From assembly GCA_963779415.1 (NCBI GenBank), contig CAVZYA010000002.1:608001-672000 (forward strand): a stretch of 64,000 bases of DNA, written 5' to 3'. Numbering within the stretch: position 1 is the stretch's first letter; each line of letters starts with the position of its first letter. Shown piece after piece: positions 43,765 to 52,043 of this stretch. A model generated the notes under the pieces. It did no database searches. It saw only the letters and a program-made list of their open reading frames with translations, and was not told the origin of the DNA. Origin of the DNA: an uncultured Acidobacteriota bacterium. GTDB taxonomy: Bacteria > Acidobacteriota > Thermoanaerobaculia > UBA5066. The translations under genes and the position numbers were made by a program.

Positions 43765-44517
43765 CGGCGACAGCCCGGCGCCTGCCTTCCAGAGTTCGCG
43801 GCGCAGTCGCCAGAGACCACGGAGCTGCTGCAGCACGATGAGAGGGAGCTTCGAAACGTAGAAGATCTGTGTGGCCCCGGCCTTGCGCGCGTAATGTGAG
43901 ACAGGCACCTCTGCGATGCGGTACCCTGCCTTGTGGCAGCGGACGACGAACTCCGCCGTGAAGAACGCGAAGTGACGCACCCGCGGGGCGAGCCTCGTGA
44001 CCGCCTCGCGACGCATCAGCCGGAACCCCGTATCCATGTCGGTATACGGTACCTGAAAGAGGCAGCGCAGCAGGAGGTTGAGTCCCCGTGAGAGAAGAAT
44101 CCGGTAGTGCGGGTCCATGCGGGGACTCTTCTTCCCCAGAATGACGTCGTGGCTGGCCATCAGGGGGACGAGGCGCCAGAAGTCGATCGCGGCGAATTGG
44201 TAGTCCGAGTCGACCAGGAAGACCCAGTCGCGCTCCGCGAGTGCGACGGCATCCTTGACGGCAGCGAGGTAGCCCTTGCGTCTTTCTCCTGTGTAGATCC
44301 GGATCGGCAAGGTGCCGCCGAGCCGGGACACCACCATCTTGGTGTCGTCCGTAGAGCCATCCTCGGCGACGATCATCTCGAACGGAACCTTCCCGTTCAG
44401 TTCGTCGAAATAGTTCCTGACGGTTTGCTCGATGATCATGGCCTCGTTGAAAACCGGGAAAACCACGGAGATACCGCTCCCGATGGCTGCCGGGTCGAGG
44501 CGAGGATCGAGGGCCAC
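43717..44517 (-). CDS. GT2 polyprenol-phosphate glycosyltransferase (DPM1/GtrB-like)
   Basis: ISVVFPVFNE, EDGSTDDT, VDSDYQF, DMDTGFRL, EVPVSHYARKAG. Confidence 0.88.
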   Translation of the reverse strand: MALDPRLDPAAIGSGISVVFPVFNEAMIIEQTVRNYFDELNGKVPFEMIVAEDGSTDDTKMVVSRLGGTLPIRIYTGERRKGYLAAVKDAVALAERDWVFLVDSDYQFAAIDFWRLVPLMASHDVILGKKSPRMDPHYRILLSRGLNLLLRCLFQVPYTDMDTGFRLMRREAVTRLAPRVRHFAFFTAEFVVRCHKAGYRIAEVPVSHYARKAGATQIFYVSKLPLIVLQQLRGLWRLRRELWKAGAGLSPSPDGTAPTDSTHRGN

Positions 44518-44527
44518 GTGGCGGGCG

Positions 44528-44555
44528 ACTGTAGCAGCGTGAAGGTCGGTGTCAA
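44528..44555 (-). promoter_or_regulatory. Sigma-70-type promoter TTGACA-16-TACAGT
   Basis: Consensus -35 and TGn-extended -10 ten bases before GTG 44517. Confidence 0.65.
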
Positions 44556-44655
44556 GCCGCGGAGAGGGTCGTGGGGTTGACCGCGTCACCGATCGGATAC
44601 TCTTCATCCAGCACGATGGAGGCGGCCGCGTCACGCGCCCGGCGTCGAGAGTCCG

Positions 44656-45168
44656 GTGAGCGCGGCAGTCGCGGACCGAGGGAGAGGTGGTGATCCGTTG
44701 AGCGCGCGGAGGCAGACGACGCGAACGGGCGCCTCCAGGGTCACCCTGGCCGTGGTGGCAGTGCTGTTCGTCTCGATCCAGCTGGCGATCGGGGCCCGGG
44801 GCATCTGGTCGGACTTCAGGATCGCGTTCCGGGACGCCGCCCTCGACGTTTTCAGTTCGGCCTTTCGTAAGCGTCTCGACTTCGTGCAAGCGAGGAACAG
44901 AACCGCTCAGCCGCTGATCCTTTTCCTCGAGCGGCCCGACGCCTGGTACGCGGGCCTCTGGCAGCGGGCGCTCTATCCGGTTCCCGTCTTCGTGGTCGAC
45001 GAAGTGAACATTCTCCACTCGCCGAGGTATCAGGCCCTCCGGTCCGAGCGCGACATCCACCTGGCGGTCGCGGTCGGGATCCCGCCCCCGGAGGCCGGCT
45101 TTCGGCCGATCGCCCAGCTCCCTCCAGAGCCGGGCCGCCCTGAGGCCTGGTTCGGGGAGGTTCCTTGA
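44656..45168 (+). CDS. Membrane-anchored hypothetical protein
   Basis: Single hydrophobic helix; stop overlaps start of the next gene. Confidence 0.6.
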   Translation: MSAAVADRGRGGDPLSARRQTTRTGASRVTLAVVAVLFVSIQLAIGARGIWSDFRIAFRDAALDVFSSAFRKRLDFVQARNRTAQPLILFLERPDAWYAGLWQRALYPVPVFVVDEVNILHSPRYQALRSERDIHLAVAVGIPPPEAGFRPIAQLPPEPGRPEAWFGEVP

Positions 45169-46538
45169 CCTTCAGGCTCGGGGCCCTCGCCGTCGTCCTG
45201 CTCTTTGGGTGGTCGTTCGTCTCGGCGGGAGATCTCATTTTGGGTCGCCGGTCGAGGGGCTTCGTGGAGCTGAACGAAGCGTTCCTCGTGGGGCTTTCGG
45301 CGGCGGCGTTTCTGATCTTCCCGCTGACCCTTCTCATGCCGCATGGCGCCATCCCGGCGCTCGTTGTCATTCTGGTGGTGGCCGTGTTGGCTCGTGCGTT
45401 CGGCCGGGGGCTGCCAACCGAACCGGCCGGTGAGAGAAAGCCGCCGGACGCGGGACCCCTCCGGGACGACCCGGTGGCGACAGGGCTCGTTTTCTGTCTC
45501 GTTCTTCTCGCCGCACTGTTCGCCATCCTGAATCTCCGATACAGCTATCTTTGGGATGGGTTCCAGATCTGGGCTTCGAAAGCGATGGTCCTGTTCCATC
45601 AGAAGGGACTGGTCAAGACGCTCTGGCCCGAGGCCGGACAGGTTGGCCGCGTCGTCAACTACCCGAATCTCGTTCCTCTCTACGAGGCGCTCCTGGCGTT
45701 CGTCAGGCGACAGTTCGTGTTCAATGAGCTGAAGCCGGTCTTCCTGGCCTTCTTCGTCTCGCTGATCGTCGCGACATACGATCTCGCCTCGGCCTTCGTG
45801 CCGCGCCGAGCGGCGCTCCTTGCGGCGCTGCTTGCCGGCTCACTTCCCGCCCTTGCCACGAAGGAAAGCGTCGGTGGGTATGCGGACATGCCGCTCGCCT
45901 GCTACTTCGCGGCAACGGCCGCGGCCGGTGTCGATGCCGGCCGCCGATGCCGGACCGGACGATCCGCCCTTCCTTTTCTCGCGGGGGGCGCGCTCCTGGT
46001 GAAGAACGAGGGGATTCTTTTCGTCGGCGTCGGCCTCGGGATCCTGGCCGTCGATGAGGCGCTTTCCGCGCGCCGGGACCTTCTCCAGCGACTGCGGGGT
46101 GCCGCTCTCCCGGTAGCGGTGATGGGGTGCTACCTGATCGAGCGGATCCTTTACCGGCAGTGGACAAAAGCCGTCGATATGGAATTCGCAGGGTTGGATG
46201 TCCCCTCGCTCTCCCGGGCGGTCTCGAGGATCGGTCTGGTCGCGACCGAGACCGTTCGGTACGCCTCTGACTTCCAGCAGTGGGGACTTCTCTGGCCCGT
46301 GTTCGTAGCCGCGGCCGTGGTGCTGATCTCCCGGGGAGATCGTTCCGAACGCCGGATGGCGCTGGCCGTCGCAGGCACATCCGTTCTCTACGCGGCGATT
46401 TTCCTCATGACGAACTGGGACGTGCCTCTCCATGTCGAGAATGCCTTTCCGAGGCTTCTCGGTCAGATCGCGCCGATCGCGGTGGTCGTCATCGTCTCTG
46501 CCTGGAGGCGCCTCCGTTCGGGCCTGCGGATCGGATGA
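45165..46538 (+). CDS. Multi-TM GT-C (ArnT/PMT-like) membrane protein
   Basis: WDGFQIW..KA loop, NYP.LVP, GYADMP, KNEG, PRL; about 11 TM. Confidence 0.72.
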   Translation: MTFRLGALAVVLLFGWSFVSAGDLILGRRSRGFVELNEAFLVGLSAAAFLIFPLTLLMPHGAIPALVVILVVAVLARAFGRGLPTEPAGERKPPDAGPLRDDPVATGLVFCLVLLAALFAILNLRYSYLWDGFQIWASKAMVLFHQKGLVKTLWPEAGQVGRVVNYPNLVPLYEALLAFVRRQFVFNELKPVFLAFFVSLIVATYDLASAFVPRRAALLAALLAGSLPALATKESVGGYADMPLACYFAATAAAGVDAGRRCRTGRSALPFLAGGALLVKNEGILFVGVGLGILAVDEALSARRDLLQRLRGAALPVAVMGCYLIERILYRQWTKAVDMEFAGLDVPSLSRAVSRIGLVATETVRYASDFQQWGLLWPVFVAAAVVLISRGDRSERRMALAVAGTSVLYAAIFLMTNWDVPLHVENAFPRLLGQIAPIAVVVIVSAWRRLRSGLRIG

Positions 46539-46571
46539 TCTTCTTTCAGCGCGAGGGAGGCCGGGAGGCCG

Positions 46572-48946
46572 CTATGGCGTGCGGCGAGCACGGAAGGCGA
46601 GCCCGGCCATGACGAGGAGGGCGGTTGCGGAGAGGGCGGTCAGAGCGGCTCCGAGGCGAAACGACGCCGGGGCGTACCGGAAGCGGACGGTGTGCGTGCC
46701 CGGGCCGAGCGGGACCCCCCGGAAGATGTAGTCGGCCCGGAGGAGAGGGGCCGGCCGGCCGTCCACGAGCGCGGTCCAGCCGGGGTAGTGAGTCTCCGAG
46801 ACGACGAGCAGGGCGTTCGACCCGACTTCGGCATCGACGGACGTCTCGCCGGACTCGGACCGGATTCCGGTGACGCGCATCTGTCCGGGTGTGGTCGTCC
46901 CCGCCCTCTGGCCAGGCGGGGGCGGTGTCCACGACGGCCCGGACGGCCGGGTCGAAGCCGGGCTGCTCGATCCGCTCGAGGGCGGCGCGGTCGTCCGGGA
47001 TCGTTTCGACTCCCTCCGAGGGAACGAGAAAAGCTCTCGGAAGCGACCGGACGTTCTCGAAGACGGAGACGGCTCCCTCTTTCCGGATCAGCCGGAAGCG
47101 GTCGGGGCGGGAGAGGAGGCGCTCGGCGCTTCCGTTGTAGGAATTTGCGACGAGATACTTGACGTTCATCAGGTCGAGGGACCGGTTGTTCGCCGAGATG
47201 ATCTGCTCGGATCTGAGGATTGGGCGAGAGGGATCCTCCGCGGCGTTCCGGTCAGCGGGGAGAGGAATTCCGACGTCCGCCTCAGGACGTAGAAAGAGCC
47301 CGTAGGAGCCTCGAATCCGAACGCGGTCTCGTCGCTTGGCGGCGCCGTCCCGTCCACGACGGCGATTCGATGGACCGAAGAGTCGGTCTCGCGGAGAAAA
47401 CGGTAGAGGGAGGGCTCGGGGAAGACGGCCTGCCGCGGGAAGAACGGAACGTTCCCGTACGCAAAGGGGATGAGGTCGAAAAGGACGATCAGGGACGCGC
47501 TGACGCCGAGGGCCCGCTCACGGCCCGGCGGACCGAGGAGAGCCCACGCGAGCCAGCCAGATGAGATGACGGCGAAGACCAGCGACGAGACGAGGCCGCA
47601 CGGCCCGGCGAGGATGGGAGGTTTCCCGGCGAAATGGAAGACAAGGGTGACGGTGGCCGCGATCAGAAGAAGCGCAGGGACAAATAGGGCGAGCCGTCGG
47701 ACCCTTTGCCTCACCAGCTGGTCGGTTGTCTTCTGGAGAGCGGTCAGCCCGAGACCCGCGAGGATGGCGATCGCGAAGTCGACGAGGAGGATGAGGCGAA
47801 AGGGATGCAGGGACCTGATGACGGGGATCGCGTGGTAGACCCAGAGAGCAGGAGGGAACCCGAAGGCGGTCAGGAAGGCCACGAGGAAAAGGCCGACGAA
47901 AAAAAGCGCTTCGCGCCGCCGGTTTCCCGTGAGAGCCAGCGGGACGAGGAGCAGAGGAAGGAGGCCCGCATATCCCGAGTGCTCCGGAATGAAAACCCCG
48001 ACCGGGCTCGGGTTCGTCGTGGCGTCGCGGGAGAGGAACATGACCAATTGCCGAAGTGGGATGCCGCCCCAAGGCGCGCAGTCTGTCTGACGCGAAAGCC
48101 GCGGAACCCACTCGAGAAACGGAACGATGTGAACGGCGGCGAGCCCGAGGGCGAGGAGCCCGGCAGCGGAGAGGGCGAGGAGGAAACGGGACCGCCCTCC
48201 CGGAGCCGCCCCTTCCGGCATGGGTGAAACCAGCCGGAACACGGCCCAGGCCGCGGTCGCCGCGAGAACGTAGACCGCGATCTCGGCGTGGCCGGCCAGG
48301 ATCGGAAGGGGAAACGCGAGGGCGGCAAGGACGATCCGGAGAAGAGTCGGGCGAGTTCTGATGGCCTCGACGGCCAGGAAGCAGAGGGGAAGGTAGATCG
48401 CGGTGTCGGACTGACACCACCCTTGCCACGAGACCAGGAACCCCGAAAGGGAAAAGACGGCCCCGGAAACGACCGCGCCCCCCGTCGAAGCGCCGAGCCG
48501 ACGGGCGAGGAGGGCTGCGAGGAGGAAAGCGACGAACATCCGGAAGGGGAACGCCACGGCCCAGAGGGTCTTCAGCGGAAGGAGGGTGCCGAGGAGGAAG
48601 GGCGGGTAGAAGACTGCCGAATCCGAATCCGCCGCGAGAGGCACTCCTGCAAAGGCGCGGGGATTCCAGAGAGGGAGATGGCCGGAGCGGAAGATCTCGT
48701 GGACGAGCTTTCTGGTCGGGTACTTGTCGACGACGAGATCCCCCATCTCGGCGTGCCGAAGGTGAAGGGCGGGGCCGGCACGCCAGGAATCCCAGAGAGG
48801 GAAGTTCGTCACGACCTCGGCCGGCAGGGGAATCCGGCCGAAGAGAAGCGGCCAGAAGAGGAGAAGCGCGGCGAATCCGGCGGCGAGACAAAGGATCCAG
48901 GGTGCGGTCTGGATCGGAAGCCCGTCCGGACAGGTTCCTCCGTCAT
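46572..48946 (-). CDS. YfhO-like GT-C glycosyltransferase, tandem copy B (frameshifts near 48914, 47200, 46900)
   Basis: Collinear with 48943..51339; PLWNP..FAGVP, MNVKY, PRAFLV, YPGW.A.VDG. Confidence 0.8.
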
Positions 48947-51339
48947 GGCCGGATACGGTCCCGGTGGGCGCCGCCCGCGCGGAAGGCAAGCCCCACCATG
49001 ACGAGGAGGGCGGTTGCGGAGAGGGCGGTCAGAGCGGCTCCGAGGCGAAACGACGCCGGGGCGTACCGGAAGCGGACGGTGTGCGTGCCCGGGCCGAGCG
49101 GGACCCCCCGGAAAATGTAGTCGGCCCGGAGGAGAGGGGCCGGCCGGCCGTCCACGAGCGCCGTCCAGCCGGGGTAGTGAGTCTCCGAGACGACGAGCAG
49201 GGCGTTCGACCCGACTTCGGCATCGACGGACGTCTCGCCGGACTCGGACCGGATTCCGGTGACGCGCATCTGTCCGGGTGTGGTCGTCCCGCCCTCTGGC
49301 CAGGCGGGGGCGGTGTCCACGACGGCCCGGACGGCCGGGTCGAAGCCGGGCTGCTCGATCCGCTCGAGGGCGGCGCGGTCGTCCGGGATCACCTCGACTC
49401 CCTCCGAGGGAACGAGAAAAGCTCTCGGAAGCGACCGGACGTTCTCGAAGACGGAGACGGCTCCCTCTTTCCGGATCAGCCGGAAGCGGTCGGGGCGGGA
49501 GAGGAGGCGCTCGGCGCTTCCGTTGTAGGAATTTGCGACGAGATACTTGACGTTCATCAGGTCGAGGGACCGGCTCTGGACCGAAATGAGCCGCTCGGAC
49601 TTGAGATAGGGGCTCAGGGCGGACCGCCGTGGAGCGCCGGTCAGCGGCGACAGGAACTCCGATGTCCGCCTCAGGGCGTAGAAGGAGCCAGTCGGGGCCT
49701 CGAATCCGTACGCCGTCTCGTTCCCGGGCGGCACCGTCGCGTCCACGGAGGCGACCCTGTGGGCCGACGAGTCGGTCTCGCGCAGGAAGCGATAGAGGGA
49801 CGGTTCGGGAAAGACGGCTTCCCGCGGGAAGAACGGGACGTTCCCGTATGCGAAGGGGATGAGGTCGAAAAGGACGATCAGGGAAGCGCTGACGCCGAGG
49901 GCCCGCTCACGGCCCGGCGGACCAAGGAGAGCCCAAGCAAGCCAGCAAGCCGAGAGGAGGGCGAAGACCAGCGACGAGACGAGGCCGCACGGTCCGGCGA
50001 GGATGGGAGGTTTCCCGGCGAAATGGAAGACAAGGGTGACGGTGGCGGCGATCAGAAGAAGCGCAGGGACAAATAGGGCGAGCCGTCGGACCCTTTGCCT
50101 CACGGGTCGGTCGGTTGTTCTCTGGAGAGCGGTCAACCCGAGACCCGCGAGGATGGCGATCGCGAAGTCGACGAGAAAGATGAGGCGAAATGGATGCAGG
50201 GACCTGATGACGGGGATCGCGTGGTAGACCCAGAGAGCAGGAGGGAACCCGAAGGCGGTCAGGAAGGCCACGAGGAAAAGGCCGACGAAAAAAAGCGCTT
50301 CGCGCCGCCGGTTTCCCGTGAGGGCCAGCGGGACGAGGAGCAGAGGAAGGAGGCCCGCATATCCCGAGTGCTCCGGAATGAAAACCCCGACCGGGCTCGG
50401 GTTCGTCGTGGCGTCGCGGGAGAGGAACGTGACCGCTTCCCGAAGTGGAATGCCGCCCCAGAACGCACCGTCTGTCCGACGCGCGAGCCGCGGAACCCAC
50501 TCGAGAAACGGAACGATGTGAACGGCGGCGAGCCCGAGGGCGAGGAGTCCGGCAGCCGAAAGGGCGAGGAGGAAACGGGACCGCCCTCCCGGGACCGCCC
50601 CTTCCGGCATGGGTGAAGCCAGCCGGAACACGGCCCAGGCCGCGGTCGCCGCGAGGACGTAGACCGCGATCTCGGCGTGGCCGGCCAGGATCGGAAGGGG
50701 AAACGCGAGGGCGGCGAGGACGATCCGGAGAAGAGTCGGGCGGGTCCTGATGGCCTCGACGGCCAGGAAGCAGAGGGGAAGCCAGATCGCGGTGTCGGAC
50801 TGACACCACCCTTGCCACGAGACCAGGAACCCCGAAAGAGAGAAGACGGTCCCGGAAACGACCGCGCCCCCCGTCGAAGCGCCGAGCCGACGGGCGAGAA
50901 GGGCTGCGAGGAGGAAAGCGACGAACATCCGGAAGGGGAACGCCACGGCCCAGAGGGTCTTCAGCGGAAAGAGGGTGCCGAGGAGGAAGGGCGGGTAGAA
51001 GACTGCCGACGCCGAATCCGCCGCGAGAGGCACTCCTGCGAAGGCGCCGGGATTCCAGAGAGGGAGATGGCCGGAACGGAAGATCTCGTGGACGAGCTTT
51101 CTGACCGGGTACTCGAAGACGACGAGATCTCCCATCTCGGCGTGCCGAAGGTGAAGGGCGGGACCGGCACGCCAGGAATCCCAGAGAGGGAAGTTCGTCA
51201 GGACCTCGGCCGGCAGGGGAATCCAGCTGAAGAGAAGCGGCCAGAAGAGGAGAAGCGCGGCGAATCCGGCGACGAGACAGAAGATCCAGGTGCTGCCCGT
51301 CTGGATCCGGAAGCCCGTCCGGACAGGTTCCTCCGTCAC
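46590..51339. repeat. Tandem ~2.39 kb gene duplication
   Basis: 46.6-48.9 kb and 49.0-51.3 kb align almost base for base apart from local patches. Confidence 0.92.
48943..51339 (-). CDS. YfhO-like GT-C glycosyltransferase, tandem copy A (intact)
   Basis: GTG overlapping upstream TGA; EMGDL, PLWNPGAFAGVP, FYP, LAGH, LDLMNVKY, YPGWTALVDG. Confidence 0.88.
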   Translation of the reverse strand: MTEEPVRTGFRIQTGSTWIFCLVAGFAALLLFWPLLFSWIPLPAEVLTNFPLWDSWRAGPALHLRHAEMGDLVVFEYPVRKLVHEIFRSGHLPLWNPGAFAGVPLAADSASAVFYPPFLLGTLFPLKTLWAVAFPFRMFVAFLLAALLARRLGASTGGAVVSGTVFSLSGFLVSWQGWCQSDTAIWLPLCFLAVEAIRTRPTLLRIVLAALAFPLPILAGHAEIAVYVLAATAAWAVFRLASPMPEGAVPGGRSRFLLALSAAGLLALGLAAVHIVPFLEWVPRLARRTDGAFWGGIPLREAVTFLSRDATTNPSPVGVFIPEHSGYAGLLPLLLVPLALTGNRRREALFFVGLFLVAFLTAFGFPPALWVYHAIPVIRSLHPFRLIFLVDFAIAILAGLGLTALQRTTDRPVRQRVRRLALFVPALLLIAATVTLVFHFAGKPPILAGPCGLVSSLVFALLSACWLAWALLGPPGRERALGVSASLIVLFDLIPFAYGNVPFFPREAVFPEPSLYRFLRETDSSAHRVASVDATVPPGNETAYGFEAPTGSFYALRRTSEFLSPLTGAPRRSALSPYLKSERLISVQSRSLDLMNVKYLVANSYNGSAERLLSRPDRFRLIRKEGAVSVFENVRSLPRAFLVPSEGVEVIPDDRAALERIEQPGFDPAVRAVVDTAPAWPEGGTTTPGQMRVTGIRSESGETSVDAEVGSNALLVVSETHYPGWTALVDGRPAPLLRADYIFRGVPLGPGTHTVRFRYAPASFRLGAALTALSATALLVMVGLAFRAGGAHRDRIRP

Positions 51340-52043
51340 GGCTGGATGACGAAGAAGGTGGGGGCCGAGAGCCCGCTCCTGGACTCCGCGTCCTTGACGA
51401 CGACCTTGACCCTTCTGGGCTTGGCGACGAGTTCCGGGGGGACGAAAGCAACGATGGCCACGGGGCTCTGGAAGATGGTCTTCAGCTCGACTCCGTCGAA
51501 GACGACGACCGACTTCGGGTCGAATCCGGACCCGGCCACACCCAGCGTCCATCGGCCGTCGGGCTGGACGCCGAACGGGATTCCGGCCTTGGCGCCGGGG
51601 GGAAAGAGATCCTTGATGACCGCCACCTCTCCAGCAGCCTTGGGAGGGAGAATCCGGAAGACCACGCTGGCGGACGTCCGGTCGGGATTCCGGTCGCGGA
51701 CCGTGACGGGGATGGAACCGGCGGCGGCGACGAGATCGTTCGGAACGATGGCGGCCACCGCCTTCGGGCTCTGATAGTTCGTCCGGAGCGCCCGGTCGCC
51801 GAAATAGACCTGCGACGAGTGGGTGAACCCGGTCCCGGCGACACCGAGGGATGACGAGCCGTCCTCGATCGCCTGGAACGGGACGCCGGCGGTGGCGATC
51901 GGAGGGAACAGCTCGCGAATCTCGGGTGCAGCAACGGAGGCGGCGGCCTGCGACCCCTTCGGCTCGGCGGGAGCGATCCTGTCGTCCTTGCCGCAAGCGG
52001 TCAGGAGCAGGGGGAAGACGAACAGGAAGATACGACTCTTCAT
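51336..52043 (-). CDS. Lipoprotein with two IPT/TIG-like repeats
   Basis: Lipobox LTAC; I.(E/D)LFPP.A.AG.PF....DG...LGVAG.GF...S.V.F occurs twice. Confidence 0.78.
   Translation of the reverse strand: MKSRIFLFVFPLLLTACGKDDRIAPAEPKGSQAAASVAAPEIRELFPPIATAGVPFQAIEDGSSSLGVAGTGFTHSSQVYFGDRALRTNYQSPKAVAAIVPNDLVAAAGSIPVTVRDRNPDRTSASVVFRILPPKAAGEVAVIKDLFPPGAKAGIPFGVQPDGRWTLGVAGSGFDPKSVVVFDGVELKTIFQSPVAIVAFVPPELVAKPRRVKVVVKDAESRSGLSAPTFFVIQP

Noticed and set aside
51340-51996. N-terminal extension of the 1017 aa ORF as part of the YfhO protein
   Set aside because: It is an off-frame reading of the IPT lipoprotein gene; the paralogue shows the true start at 51339
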